From assembly GCA_003731685.1 (NCBI GenBank), contig RCNO01000007.1, positions 270 through 57,373 on the forward strand: a stretch of 57,104 nt of DNA, given 5' to 3'. The stretch's first letter is position 1; each line of letters opens with the position of its first letter. Origin of the DNA: Bacteroidetes/Chlorobi group bacterium MS-B_bin-24. GTDB lineage: Bacteria; Bacteroidota; Ignavibacteria; Kapaibacteriales; UBA2268. Shown one piece after another: positions 8,975-19,062 of the stretch. Made by a program: the position numbers and the translations under genes. Under the pieces are notes generated by a model that saw nothing but the letters and a program-made list of their open reading frames with translations, searched no databases and was not told the DNA's origin.

Positions 8975-9757
8975 ATGAAACGGTTATTTAATGTTATCGT
9001 AATAACATTAGCACTAATCATCGCCTTTTCGATTTACTTTTTCTATTTTGGCAATCCGAACAATTTCGAAGACCCTGCAACAAAGAAGAAACCCAAGAAA
9101 GGTAGCGTTGTTGGAGCAATTTACACTGGCGGTCCAATCGTTGGAATATTGATGAGCTTGATTATTATCGCAATTACATTTGTTTTCGAGCGAACATTTT
9201 CGATTAACAAGGCACGCGGGAAAGGGGATACAGCAGTATTTGTTAAAAAAGTTCTCGATTATCTTGCGAAAGGAGAGTTCGACGCCGCCTTGAAGGAATG
9301 TGACAACCAGCGCGGTAGTCTGGCTAACATACTACGCGCTGGGATAGAACGGTTCAAGCAGGTCGAAAACGACCCGAACTTCCCTGTCGAAAAGAAATTG
9401 ACAGAAGTTCAAAGAGCAATCGACGAGGCAACGAATTTGGAGACTCCTCTGCTCGAAAAGAATCTGGTTATCCTTTCGACGATTGCTTCCGTGTCGGTTT
9501 TGTTCGGTCTTTTGGGAACAACTATCGGTATGATTCGTGCATTTGCTGCTTTTGGCGAAACGGGAACAGTCGATGCTACCCAGCTGGCTATTGGTATTTC
9601 CGAAGCTCTTTATAACACGGCTGGTGGTTTGGCTGCTGCAATCATCGCCATTATCTTCTTTAACTTCTTTACCACACGGGTCGATAATTACTTGTATATG
9701 ATAGATGAAGCAATTCTTAATGTAACTCAAATCTTTACATTAAGATTGAAACAATAG
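8975..9757 (+). CDS. exbB: MotA/TolQ/ExbB proton channel protein
   Basis: GLLGTTIGMIRAF, GISEALYNTAGGL. Confidence 0.92.
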   Translation: MKRLFNVIVITLALIIAFSIYFFYFGNPNNFEDPATKKKPKKGSVVGAIYTGGPIVGILMSLIIIAITFVFERTFSINKARGKGDTAVFVKKVLDYLAKGEFDAALKECDNQRGSLANILRAGIERFKQVENDPNFPVEKKLTEVQRAIDEATNLETPLLEKNLVILSTIASVSVLFGLLGTTIGMIRAFAAFGETGTVDATQLAIGISEALYNTAGGLAAAIIAIIFFNFFTTRVDNYLYMIDEAILNVTQIFTLRLKQ

Positions 9758-9773
9758 CCAAAAGGAGGCAGTC

Positions 9774-10313
9774 GTGCCAAAAATTAAAAAGAAAAGGATG
9801 GGATTTGTAATCGACCTAACTCCATTGGTCGATATTACATTCCTTTTGTTGACTTTTTTGATGTTTACAGCAAAGTTCAAATCCGAAGCAGAAGCCGAAA
9901 AGCAATTCACAATTCGTCGTCCTACTGCTTCTCCCGATACAACTCGTCTTCCTGAACGTGACCTTGCCATTATCAACATTGCTATCGATGATAAAAATCC
10001 GAACGACACTTCATACTACTATGGCTTAACAAACACGAAGGACTTACTTCAGGTTTATCAACTTGTGCCCGAAATTCCACAGGAATACTACAATAAAGCT
10101 CTTGTCAAAGTTGATACAACGGTGCTGGGCAAATTAATCCGTGCAACTCTTTCGGTGCGGAGTTCCACCCGCTTTGCAATCGATGCAGACCGAAGGGTAC
10201 GATACAAATGGGTTGAAGATGCTATGAACATAATGCGAAGGAATCGTGCTTTCGTGTTTAATTTCGTAACCGATAAGCGACGAGCGGAAGAAGAAAAAGC
10301 AGGTGGCAAATAA
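9774..10313 (+). CDS. exbD: Biopolymer transporter ExbD/TolR
   Basis: IDLTPLVDITFLLLTFLM; IDAD motif. Confidence 0.9.
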   Translation: MPKIKKKRMGFVIDLTPLVDITFLLLTFLMFTAKFKSEAEAEKQFTIRRPTASPDTTRLPERDLAIINIAIDDKNPNDTSYYYGLTNTKDLLQVYQLVPEIPQEYYNKALVKVDTTVLGKLIRATLSVRSSTRFAIDADRRVRYKWVEDAMNIMRRNRAFVFNFVTDKRRAEEEKAGGK

Positions 10314-10391
10314 GAATAATTTTTTGAGTTTTTCGTGTAACTTTTTGGTGTATTATTTGTTTAAATATTTGGAAAACATAGGAGAATAAAA

Positions 10392-10982
10392 ATGGCTGGT
10401 GGTGGTGGCGCACTCGAAATACCCGAAAGGCAAAAACGGGGCAAAATAGTTAGAAGAAAAAAGAAAAAGAGAATTGGCTTTCGTATAGATTTAACTCCAT
10501 TGGTCGATATTACTTTTCTTTTGCTAACGTTCTTTATGTTCACTACGACTATGCTGAAGCCCCAAATAATGGAGATGAGAATACCGCCCGAGATGTATGC
10601 CAAAGTCGAAGTTCGTGCTTCCGAGCTTTTAACTTTGATGTTGACTGCCGATAATAAATTATATTGGTACAAAGGAATTGCCGATGCCAATAACAAGCCG
10701 CAAGAAATTCCCATCCCCAAGCTTCGTGCTTTGGTAATCGAAAAAAATCTTGAACCAATGGTAAAGAACCGTTTGATTACAGTTTTGAAGATTTCCCCCG
10801 ATGCCAATTATGCCAAAGTAATTCAAGTTCTCGATGAGCTAAATCTTGCTGAAATACCGATTACCGAAGCCTTGTCGAAGGAAGTTGACGAAAAAGGGGA
10901 ACCAGTGAAACGACAAAGAAAATTTACAATTGCGCCTTTGACAGAAGAAGATTTGAAATTAATACAAGGGGAGGTAAAATGA
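10392..10982 (+). CDS. exbD: Biopolymer transporter ExbD/TolR (second copy)
   Basis: RIDLTPLVDITFLLLTFFMFTTT; VLDEL. Confidence 0.9.
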   Translation: MAGGGGALEIPERQKRGKIVRRKKKKRIGFRIDLTPLVDITFLLLTFFMFTTTMLKPQIMEMRIPPEMYAKVEVRASELLTLMLTADNKLYWYKGIADANNKPQEIPIPKLRALVIEKNLEPMVKNRLITVLKISPDANYAKVIQVLDELNLAEIPITEALSKEVDEKGEPVKRQRKFTIAPLTEEDLKLIQGEVK

Positions 10983-11761
10983 CAAACAAAGTTATCGAAC
11001 TACCGCCCCAACCCACTTATGGGTTTGCAGAATTGAAGTTGGTGATTCCACGGAACACAATGCGTGGATTCATCATCACTGTTTCGATTATCCTATTGCT
11101 TCTACTTGCCTATTTCATATATGCAAAAGCCAGCGAGCGAAGTCAGGTCGCATTGCTAAGAGCCCCAATAAGCAAAATAACACTTGGCGGTCCTGTGCAA
11201 CAACTCGAAGAGCAGAAAGAAGATGCACCGCCTCCGCCACCTACGCAGCAGTTTATGGAAATTGCGACCGCTGCGAAAGCAGGAACCCCCGTGCCAGTTC
11301 CTGATGCAGAAATCAAGGAGGATTTGAAAGAATTTGCGACTTTCGAAAAACTTAGCGAATCGCTTGCTCGCGAAAAAGGTCAGGAAATCGACATTAATCA
11401 ACTGCCGCAAGATTTTAATCTTGACCAAAAAGTTGAAATCAAGCAGAAAGAAGAAGAGCCTAACATCGACGAATTCATACCCGTCGAGAAGGAACCATAC
11501 ATCGATTTGGCAGACTTGCAAAAGCGAATCGTCTACCCCGAGATGGCTCGCAAAGCTGGTATCGAAGGGCAGGTTGTTGTTCGTGTACTTGTCGACAAGA
11601 ACGGGAAGCCAAAGAAAGTCGTGGTTCAATCTTCCGATTCGCAGATGTTGAACCAAGCAGCTATCGATGCGGTAATGAAATCCACCTTTACACCAGCAAT
11701 TCAGAACGGACAACCTGTTATGTGTTGGGTTAGCATCCCAATCCGCTTTAAGTTAAGGTAA
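10979..11761 (+). CDS. tonB: Energy transducer TonB
   Basis: N-terminal TM, PPPPP linker, YPEMARKAGIEGQVVVRVLVDKNG, FTPAIQNGQPV. Confidence 0.92.
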   Translation: MTNKVIELPPQPTYGFAELKLVIPRNTMRGFIITVSIILLLLLAYFIYAKASERSQVALLRAPISKITLGGPVQQLEEQKEDAPPPPPTQQFMEIATAAKAGTPVPVPDAEIKEDLKEFATFEKLSESLAREKGQEIDINQLPQDFNLDQKVEIKQKEEEPNIDEFIPVEKEPYIDLADLQKRIVYPEMARKAGIEGQVVVRVLVDKNGKPKKVVVQSSDSQMLNQAAIDAVMKSTFTPAIQNGQPVMCWVSIPIRFKLR

Positions 11762-11779
11762 GAAGGTTATTTCCGAATT

Positions 11780-11813
11780 AAAGGGACTGCCTCGTAAAGG
11801 CAGTCCCTTTTTT
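11780..11813 (+). terminator. Intrinsic terminator after tonB
   Basis: AAAGGGACTGCCT-loop-AGGCAGTCCCTTT followed by a T run. Confidence 0.88.
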
Positions 11814-11861
11814 GTTTAATTCATTTATCTTGGAATTTTTTTCTGCAAAATGGCATCTTAA

Positions 11862-12019
11862 AGACATCGGATGTTTTTGAAACATCCGATGTCTGGAAAA
11901 TGCACAAGGGTGAAAAAGTTGAAAAGGCTGGTGAAAGAGGTGGCATTGCTTGGTTAAGAAAAAGTTGTCGCCTCTGCCCTGCAAAAGACATTGCCTGTTT
12001 TTTGAAACATCCGATGTCT
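11862..12019. repeat. REP-like element, locus 3 (two double palindromes, the second degenerate)
   Basis: 11862-11894 AGACATCGGATGTTTTTGAAACATCCGATGTCT; 11986-12019 degenerate copy preceded by the GCCCTGCAAA linker end. Confidence 0.85.
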
Positions 12020-12089
12020 CATTTTTTAGTTGTCAAACTCTTCTAATCAATTCCAGATAGCAGGATAAATTTGGAAGTGGCTCAAGCCC

Positions 12090-13175
12090 TTAGCATATTC
12101 GGGCGAAGCTTTGCGAAAGGTAATTCGAGATGAGCTCTACCAATGTGATTACTTTTGGATAGTTCATTCGTTTGGGTCCGAGCAAGCCAATGTAGCCAGT
12201 GGCGTTCCTAATCCAATATGGAGAGGCTATGATTGAATAATCCAAAAGTAATTCGTTGCCAGTTTCGGAGCCAATTAAAACAGTCAGATTCGGATTGTTC
12301 TTTTTGAATTGATTTATGACATTCAGTATTGTTTGCGTGTTTTCCAAAATTGTAATCATATTTTTTATATGGTCGGGATTTTGAAATTCTGGGTAAAGAA
12401 GCAGGTTTCGGGCTCCTGCGATAAATGTTCGCTCGTAATCTTGTAGATTTTCTTGAATCTTATCGAAAATATTAATTATCAACTTAATTATTGGCGAATC
12501 TTGATACTCGGAAACAGCAAACAGGTCGGAAAAATTTTCGTAAATGAATCTCAGCGTTTTACCAGAAATTTTTTCATTCACAAATTGAGAAACTTTTTCA
12601 ATTTGGTCTTCTTCGACATCAATATTTGCATCTATCGTCAAAGTATGAATTATGTTCGAATTTAAAGCCAAAACGAAAAGCAATCGATTCGAGGTTATCG
12701 GTATCAATTCAATTTTCTCGACCGTTATGTCTTGGATTTCGGGAACGATGACGATACTCAGGTATTTCGAAAGGACGCCCAGCACTTTGGAAGCTGTTTT
12801 CAGTATGTCATCAAAATTTGTAGGCTCAATCTTGTTGAGCTCTTCTTGGATTTTGCGAATTTCCTTCTCTGTTGGCTTCCTTTGGACGAGCAGGGAGTCG
12901 ATGAAATAGCGATAGCCTTTATCGGTTGGAATTCTGCCCGAGGATGCGTGTGTTTGATGGAGCAAATCCATTTCCTCGAGTTCGTAAAGGATGTTGCGAA
13001 TCGAGGCGGGGCTTAGTTTCAAACGATTACCTAAATAGCGTGCAACCAAACGCGAACCAACAGGCTGGGCACTTGTTATGTAAAGTTGGACAACTGCCCG
13101 AAAAACAAGTTTGTTCCTTTCGCTCAGTTCAAACGGCGTTTCGACTTTATTTATCTTACCAACATTTGGTTTCAT
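12090..13175 (-). CDS. hrcA: Heat-inducible transcription repressor HrcA
   Basis: PVGS, LSPASIRN, THASSGRIPTDKGYRYFID, GLLGPKRMNY; start codon uncertain. Confidence 0.96.
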   Translation of the reverse strand: MKPNVGKINKVETPFELSERNKLVFRAVVQLYITSAQPVGSRLVARYLGNRLKLSPASIRNILYELEEMDLLHQTHASSGRIPTDKGYRYFIDSLLVQRKPTEKEIRKIQEELNKIEPTNFDDILKTASKVLGVLSKYLSIVIVPEIQDITVEKIELIPITSNRLLFVLALNSNIIHTLTIDANIDVEEDQIEKVSQFVNEKISGKTLRFIYENFSDLFAVSEYQDSPIIKLIINIFDKIQENLQDYERTFIAGARNLLLYPEFQNPDHIKNMITILENTQTILNVINQFKKNNPNLTVLIGSETGNELLLDYSIIASPYWIRNATGYIGLLGPKRMNYPKVITLVELISNYLSQSFARIC

Positions 13176-13243
13176 AGCAAAAAAAGTAATATTTTTATCC
13201 TTTTTAAAAGACAAAAATTATGGAAAAATATTTTGGTAATCAA

Positions 13244-14368
13244 ATGAAAAGGGTAGCTATATTACTTGCAGGTGGTTCGGGCGAAAGATTTTGGCCCGTA
13301 AGTCGAAAATCGAGACCAAAGCAATTGCTTGCTTTGAACTCCGAAAAAACTTTAATCGAAGAAGCTGTTGAAAGAATAACTTCGTTTATATCCCCGCAAG
13401 ATATTTTTGTTTTTACAAATGAAATTACTTTGCAACCCATACGTAATGTTTTGCGAAACATTCCACCCGAGAACATTGTTGCCGAGCCATACAAGAAGAA
13501 CACAGCCCCAGCACTTGCTTTTGCAGGAAGCTTTTTGCTTGCAAAGTATGGGAAAGAACTTTCGCCCGATGAAATTTCCGTTGGTGTTTTTACATCCGAC
13601 CAAAGAATTGAACCACTTGTTGGCTTCCAAAAAACTGTCGAGCTTGCTTTTGGTTTCGTCGAAAACAATCCCAAGATTGCAACTATTGGCATAGTACCAA
13701 CAAGGCCCGACACAGCCTTTGGCTACATTGAAGTCCCTGTGAATTTTAAAGAGGCCAACGAAAGCATCCTGCCTGTTGTTCAATTCAAAGAGAAACCCGA
13801 TGTCGAAACCGCTCGATTTTATGTCGATTCGGGTCGTTTCTTCTGGAATAGTGGAATGTTCTTTTGGCGACTCGATACTTTCCTTTCGCAACTCGAAAAA
13901 TATTTACCCGAAATTTATAATAAAGTTTCTTCTTTGGTTGAGCTTTTAAAAGATAAAACCGAGATTCCATTTTCGGGCTCAATTCCCGAAATCGAGAATA
14001 TCTACATCACATTCCCAGATATTTCGATTGATTACGCATTGATGGAAAAGACCCGCGACATTGTTGTAGTCAAATCATATTTCGATTGGGATGATATTGG
14101 CTCTTGGGATGCTCTCGACCGCACCAAGCCGCACGATGCAAACCGCAATGTGAATTTGGGGAATAATATCCTTTTGGATACGCAAAATTCAATCGTGGTA
14201 AATGAATCGACAAATGGTAATATAAAAGTATGTTGCTTGGGGCTAACGGATTTGGTGGTCGTGGTTGCCGACGATGCTGTTTTGGTTTGCCACAAAGCTC
14301 AAGTTCAGAATGTGAAAAAGTGTGTCGAAGCAATAAAACAAGAAGAAAATTCCAGCAAGTGGTTGTAA
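13244..14368 (+). CDS. manC: Mannose-1-phosphate guanylyltransferase
   Basis: LAGGSGERFWPVSRKSRPKQ, EPYKKNTAP, FKEKP, WNSGMF, SIDYALMEK, WDDIGSW. Confidence 0.93.
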   Translation: MKRVAILLAGGSGERFWPVSRKSRPKQLLALNSEKTLIEEAVERITSFISPQDIFVFTNEITLQPIRNVLRNIPPENIVAEPYKKNTAPALAFAGSFLLAKYGKELSPDEISVGVFTSDQRIEPLVGFQKTVELAFGFVENNPKIATIGIVPTRPDTAFGYIEVPVNFKEANESILPVVQFKEKPDVETARFYVDSGRFFWNSGMFFWRLDTFLSQLEKYLPEIYNKVSSLVELLKDKTEIPFSGSIPEIENIYITFPDISIDYALMEKTRDIVVVKSYFDWDDIGSWDALDRTKPHDANRNVNLGNNILLDTQNSIVVNESTNGNIKVCCLGLTDLVVVVADDAVLVCHKAQVQNVKKCVEAIKQEENSSKWL

Positions 14369-14384
14369 AAATGATATATCAGAA

Positions 14385-15650
14385 ATGAAAGTGCTTTTTA
14401 AAAACATTTCATCGCTAGTTACAATTTGTCGAAATGGCGAGCGATTCCTTGCAGGTGAAGATATGAACTACGTTAGCGAAATAAAGGATGGAGCCATCTT
14501 TTTTGATGAAAAAATTCTTTGGGTTGGGGAAACTGTTGACGCAGAGGAACAAATTCGCTTCGGAAAAATCAAGCCCGACAAGATTTACGATTTGAAAGGG
14601 AAAAGCGTTATCCCCGGTTTCGTGGATTCCCACACGCATACGGTTTTTGCAGGCGACCGTTCCGATGAGTTTGCCCAAAGAGTCGCCGGGGCTACTTACC
14701 AAGAGATTGCAGCTCGTGGCGGAGGAATTTTGAAGACCGTGAGCGCAACGCGAAAAGCATCGGTAGAACAACTTTTTGATAATGCTTCTCGGTTTCTGAA
14801 AAATGCTATTGCCCACGGCACTGTTGCGTTGGAAATCAAAAGCGGATACGGACTCGATGTCGAAACCGAACTGAAAATCCTGCGTGTGATTCGCCGGCTT
14901 GCGGAAAATTTCCCTGTGGATATTGTTCCGACTTTTCTTGGTGCTCACGATTTCCCTCCGGAATACCGAAACCGCCCCGACGAATATGTCGACCTGATTT
15001 GCAATGTAATGATTCCGCGCGTAGCCGAGGAAAACCTTGCCCAATATTGCGATTGCTTTGTCGATAAAGGATATTTCACAATTGACCAAGCCCGAAGGAT
15101 TTTTGAAACAGCCACCAAGTTTGGATTGAAAATCCGAATGCACGCCGATGAACTTGCAGACGTCGGGGCTGCGAAGCTCGCAGCAGAGCTTTGGGCAGTT
15201 TCTGCCGACCATTTGCTCTTCGTTTCGGACGAAAGTCTGGACGCAATGCAAAAAGCCGGAACAATTGCAACCTTGCTGCCGGGGACATCCTATTTCATTC
15301 GGATGCCCTATGCCCCTGCAAAAAAGATTTTGCAGAAGGGGATTCCGATTGCCCTTGCAAGCGATTTTAATCCCGGTTCGTGTTTCACCGAAAATATGCA
15401 AATCATCCTTTCCCTTGCTGTAATAAATCTCGGGCTGAATTGCCAGCAATCTATGGTTGCTTCGACACTGAACGGAGCATATTCGCTGGGCATTTCCCAC
15501 CGGCTTGGCTCGATTGAAGTTGGAAAAGACGCCACCTTTGCCATTCTCGATTGTCCTTCCTATCTTGAAATGTTCTATCATTTCGGAGTTAACCACGTCG
15601 AAAGCATCTGGATAAAGGGAGAAAAGGTGGAAATTGATTCAGGGGTATAG
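14385..15650 (+). CDS. hutI: Imidazolonepropionase
   Basis: PGFVDSHTH, EIKSGYGL, FLGAH, MHADE, SADHL, ASDFNPGS. Confidence 0.96.
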   Translation: MKVLFKNISSLVTICRNGERFLAGEDMNYVSEIKDGAIFFDEKILWVGETVDAEEQIRFGKIKPDKIYDLKGKSVIPGFVDSHTHTVFAGDRSDEFAQRVAGATYQEIAARGGGILKTVSATRKASVEQLFDNASRFLKNAIAHGTVALEIKSGYGLDVETELKILRVIRRLAENFPVDIVPTFLGAHDFPPEYRNRPDEYVDLICNVMIPRVAEENLAQYCDCFVDKGYFTIDQARRIFETATKFGLKIRMHADELADVGAAKLAAELWAVSADHLLFVSDESLDAMQKAGTIATLLPGTSYFIRMPYAPAKKILQKGIPIALASDFNPGSCFTENMQIILSLAVINLGLNCQQSMVASTLNGAYSLGISHRLGSIEVGKDATFAILDCPSYLEMFYHFGVNHVESIWIKGEKVEIDSGV

Positions 15651-15682
15651 AGAGGGGATGAGCAGGAGACAACAGTGGCTTC

Positions 15683-15715
15683 AGACATCGGATGTTTCGC
15701 AAACATCCGATGTCT
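15683..15715. repeat. REP-like double palindrome, locus 4
   Basis: AGACATCGGATGTTT-CGC-AAACATCCGATGTCT, perfect 15-bp arms. Confidence 0.92.
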
Positions 15716-15858
15716 TTCCGAAAGTACTTCTGCCTTTCTTTTTTCACGGCTCGATGGAGCTTTACAACTTTGGGGAAATTTTAATAACTTCTATTCTTTT
15801 TAAATTTGTTAATTTTGTAACTCATTTTTTAATTAAGGGTTTATTTTTGGAGTGAAAA

Positions 15859-16014
15859 ATGAAAAGGACGTATCAACCGAGTCGACGGCATCGATTGAAC
15901 ACGCACGGGTTCCGTGCCCGAATGGCAACGAAGGATGGTCGCAAAGTCTTGGCAAGGCGACGCGCCAAAGGACGCTACAAACTGACTGTTTCCGACGAAA
16001 AGAAAAAATATTGA
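15859..16014 (+). CDS. rpmH: 50S ribosomal protein L34
   Basis: Below the ORF-track cutoff; [51 protein letters not shown]; GGAG RBS. Confidence 0.98.
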   Translation: MKRTYQPSRRHRLNTHGFRARMATKDGRKVLARRRAKGRYKLTVSDEKKKY

Positions 16015-16021
16015 GCTAATT

Positions 16022-16438
16022 TTGGTAAAGTATAAGCTTGAAACTATTAAACGCAAAAAGGAATTTGAACTTCTGTTCCAACAAGGTAAAAGATTTTACC
16101 GAGATAATATCAGTGCAGTTGTTTTGCCCAAAAGCCAATCGGAGCTCGAAGCGGAGAAGTTCCTTGTTCGTTATGCTGTGCAGGTAAGCCGAAAAGTTAC
16201 AAAAAAAGCGGTCGTTAGAAATCGAATTAAAAGGTTATTGAGGGAATCCATCAGAAAATTGGCAAAGGAAGATATGAACGAGAAACTTTTTATTTTTAAA
16301 TACATATTTTTGAACTGGAGTTCGGCTCCGAAACGACCTTGCGAAATCCATTTGGCAGATGTTTTTCCTTTTGCCCACTCTGTACTCGAAGATGCTTATT
16401 CATTCTTTTCCAAAAACTTAGCACGAGGGGAAAATTGA
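16022..16438 (+). CDS. rnpA: Ribonuclease P protein component
   Basis: [22 protein letters not shown]; position after rpmH. Confidence 0.93.
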   Translation: MVKYKLETIKRKKEFELLFQQGKRFYRDNISAVVLPKSQSELEAEKFLVRYAVQVSRKVTKKAVVRNRIKRLLRESIRKLAKEDMNEKLFIFKYIFLNWSSAPKRPCEIHLADVFPFAHSVLEDAYSFFSKNLARGEN

Positions 16439-16644
16439 AGTACATTCTGATTGCACTTGTCAAGCTCTATAAACTTTTTATATCGCCACTTTTCCCTCCG
16501 AGCTGTCGATTCTATCCGACTTGTTCCGATTATTCCATCGAGGCGTTGAGAAAATATGGTGCTTTCAAGGGCTTAATCTTGTCTGTTCGACGGGTTTCTC
16601 GGTGTCATCCTTTCCATCCTGGTGGATATGACCCTGTTCCTTAA
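16435..16644 (+). CDS. yidD: Membrane protein insertion efficiency factor YidD
   Basis: TTG start after GAGGGG; [32 protein letters not shown]. Confidence 0.96.
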   Translation: MKYILIALVKLYKLFISPLFPPSCRFYPTCSDYSIEALRKYGAFKGLILSVRRVSRCHPFHPGGYDPVP

Positions 16645-16665
16645 TCAAAATAAATTTGGTATGCT

Positions 16666-18531
16666 ATGGACAGAAAATCGATTTTGGCTATTATAATTAT
16701 CACGATAATTTTGACAATTTGGACATTTTACATTTCAATCAAAGTGGTTCCACCTACGAAGCCCACTCAAAATCGAGATACAACAACACTTGTTGCGGAC
16801 ACCAATCTGAAAAACGTCGATGTGAAAAAGGAAGTCAGCAGCGTAGTTCCCGATTCGCTGAAATTAGTCAGCCAATTTGGTCCGACTTTTGCTCCCTACA
16901 CTGGTGGAATTGAAAAAGTAATAACCATCGAAAACGATTTGGTTCAAGCACAAATAACCTCGAAGGGTGCAACCCTTTTGAACTGGACACTGAAAAAATT
17001 TAAATCTTGGAACGGCTTCCCTACTCAACTTATTTGGGCAAAAGGCGGAACACCTTCGCTCTTGATTAACAGCAGAGACAATGTTCAAATAGACGACAGG
17101 AACTTGAATTATTCATTTAACACCGAAAATAATCACATAAAAATTTCGGGGAACGATTCGGTTGAAATTATTGCCAAAATCGATTTTGGGAATAATCGAT
17201 ACATCGCCAAAAGATTAGTTTTTTACGGGAATAAATATCATTTTAGAAAGGAAATCATTTTTTCTAATGTTGATGAATATGTAACGACGAGAGGATACAA
17301 TCTTCAATGGCAGAATGGACTCCGCTACCAAGAAATGAACTCTGTGGACGAGTCGTCGGAGGCAAAAGCTATTGTGTCGCTCAACGGCGAACTTGTGGAA
17401 GCCGACGCATCGAGCGATGAGCCTGTACAAATTTCCCCTGCGGGCAAACTGGATTTTGCTGCTGTTAAAATCAAGTACTTTACAGCGGCAATAATTCCTG
17501 AACCGAAAGGCTCTTTCGATGGAACTGTGTATGTTAATGGCTATCAAACTCACGTCGAAAACAATGGGGTGATTGAAAAATATAATCTTGCTTTGAATAT
17601 TCCTTATCGAGGGGGAACTCAACAAAAATCTTTCGATATTTACATTGGACCTATAGATTACGGCATTGTAAGTAGCTACGGCATTTCTGCGGTTGTCAAT
17701 TTTGGATGGCGGTTTTTGGTTCGTCCCATCGGCGAATTCTTTATGTTGCCAATTTTTAAACTTATTTACTCAATCATTGGGAATTATGGCATAAGCATAA
17801 TCATCTTTGCGTTGATAATGAAAATAATCCTTTATCCATTGACTATTTCACAGATGCGCTCATCGCAAAGGATGCAGCTTATTGCTCCTGAACTGCAAAA
17901 GATTCGCGACAAATATAAAGACGACCCACAGAAAATGAATCAGGAGATAATGAAGTTATATTCCGAATATGGAATAAATCCGATGGGGGGATGCTTGCCT
18001 TTGCTTTTGCAATTGCCTATACTTTATGCTTTGTGGGCAGTATTGCGAACGGCAATTGAACTTCGGCAGGCACCATTTATCTTGTGGATTAGCGATTTGT
18101 CGCTTCCCGACTACATTTTGACCTTGCCAATTTCGCTTTTAGGGATAAAGCATATTTCCGGGCTTTCGGTTCTGATGGGTGTAACACTTTTCTTCCAGCA
18201 AAAGCTTACCATAACCGACCCAAGGCAAAAGTCGATGATTTACATTATGCCAATTCTATTTATTTTCCTGTTCTCATACTTCCCTTCGGGCTTAAACTTG
18301 TATTACTTCACTTTCAACCTTTTCAGTATCCTGCACCAAATTTATCTAAATAAATTTTCGAGGAAGAAGCTTACGCTTGCGGATTTGAAGAAGCAGCCCA
18401 AAAAAGAAGGCTGGTTCCAACGCAAACTTCGCGAAGCACAAGAAATTGCCGAAGCACAAGGTAGGCGTGTCCCAGGACAAACAACCCGTCCATCAACGCA
18501 AAAGCCTCGTCCACCGAAGAAGAAGAAATAA
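16666..18531 (+). CDS. yidC: Membrane protein insertase YidC
   Basis: NYGISII, NPMGGCLPLLLQLPI, APFILWISDLS, PSGLNLYY. Confidence 0.97.
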   Translation: MDRKSILAIIIITIILTIWTFYISIKVVPPTKPTQNRDTTTLVADTNLKNVDVKKEVSSVVPDSLKLVSQFGPTFAPYTGGIEKVITIENDLVQAQITSKGATLLNWTLKKFKSWNGFPTQLIWAKGGTPSLLINSRDNVQIDDRNLNYSFNTENNHIKISGNDSVEIIAKIDFGNNRYIAKRLVFYGNKYHFRKEIIFSNVDEYVTTRGYNLQWQNGLRYQEMNSVDESSEAKAIVSLNGELVEADASSDEPVQISPAGKLDFAAVKIKYFTAAIIPEPKGSFDGTVYVNGYQTHVENNGVIEKYNLALNIPYRGGTQQKSFDIYIGPIDYGIVSSYGISAVVNFGWRFLVRPIGEFFMLPIFKLIYSIIGNYGISIIIFALIMKIILYPLTISQMRSSQRMQLIAPELQKIRDKYKDDPQKMNQEIMKLYSEYGINPMGGCLPLLLQLPILYALWAVLRTAIELRQAPFILWISDLSLPDYILTLPISLLGIKHISGLSVLMGVTLFFQQKLTITDPRQKSMIYIMPILFIFLFSYFPSGLNLYYFTFNLFSILHQIYLNKFSRKKLTLADLKKQPKKEGWFQRKLREAQEIAEAQGRRVPGQTTRPSTQKPRPPKKKK

Positions 18532-18553
18532 GGAACAATGTGAAAATGTAATA

Positions 18554-18801
18554 AGACATCGGGTGTTTTAGAAACATTCGATGTCTTTCGTCATTCCGTT
18601 GTCTGAATCTGGGAAGACATCCGATGTTTGCGAAACATCGGATGTCTGAGAAAATCCACAAGGAATTAAACCAAAAGTTCACAAGCAAGGGAATGGAAAA
18701 GACTAAATGGGAACAAGAGGAAATTGCTTCTTGCCGAAAGCGATTTGGCTGGAACAATTTTTCCTAAAATGCATCGGATGTTTTAGAAACATTCGATGTC
18801 T
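18554..18801. repeat. REP-like element, locus 5 (three double palindromes)
   Basis: Copies at 18554-18586, 18615-18647 (central bases swapped) and about 18769-18801. Confidence 0.85.
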
Positions 18802-19062
18802 GTAATAATCTACTTGTTTAATTGTTGGATAGAGCTGGGTTGGTGCTTCCTTGCAACAAGCAATATTGCTTTTATCCTTTGCAACACGAACAACACAATA
18901 AATTCAATAGATAAAATTACTTAGAAATAATTTCTAAAAGCGAGTTTTAACAGCTAATTTTTCTTTTGGGAAATTCAGAGTTACAGATATGCAAATAATG
19001 GGGTTAATTGGCTGAATTATTTCTAATTTTGCTTTTTTGTTATAACATTAAAAGGGAAATAA

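Noticed and set aside
14415-15596. 393-aa antisense ORF (also 26661-27533, 3794-4405, 31449-32135)
   Set aside because: These are shadow frames opposite well-supported genes (hutI, groEL, glmS, murB).
18802-19062. oriC candidate in AT-rich DNA after yidC
   Set aside because: No cluster of TTATCCACA DnaA boxes was seen here or upstream of rpmH; it is more likely the nifJ promoter region.
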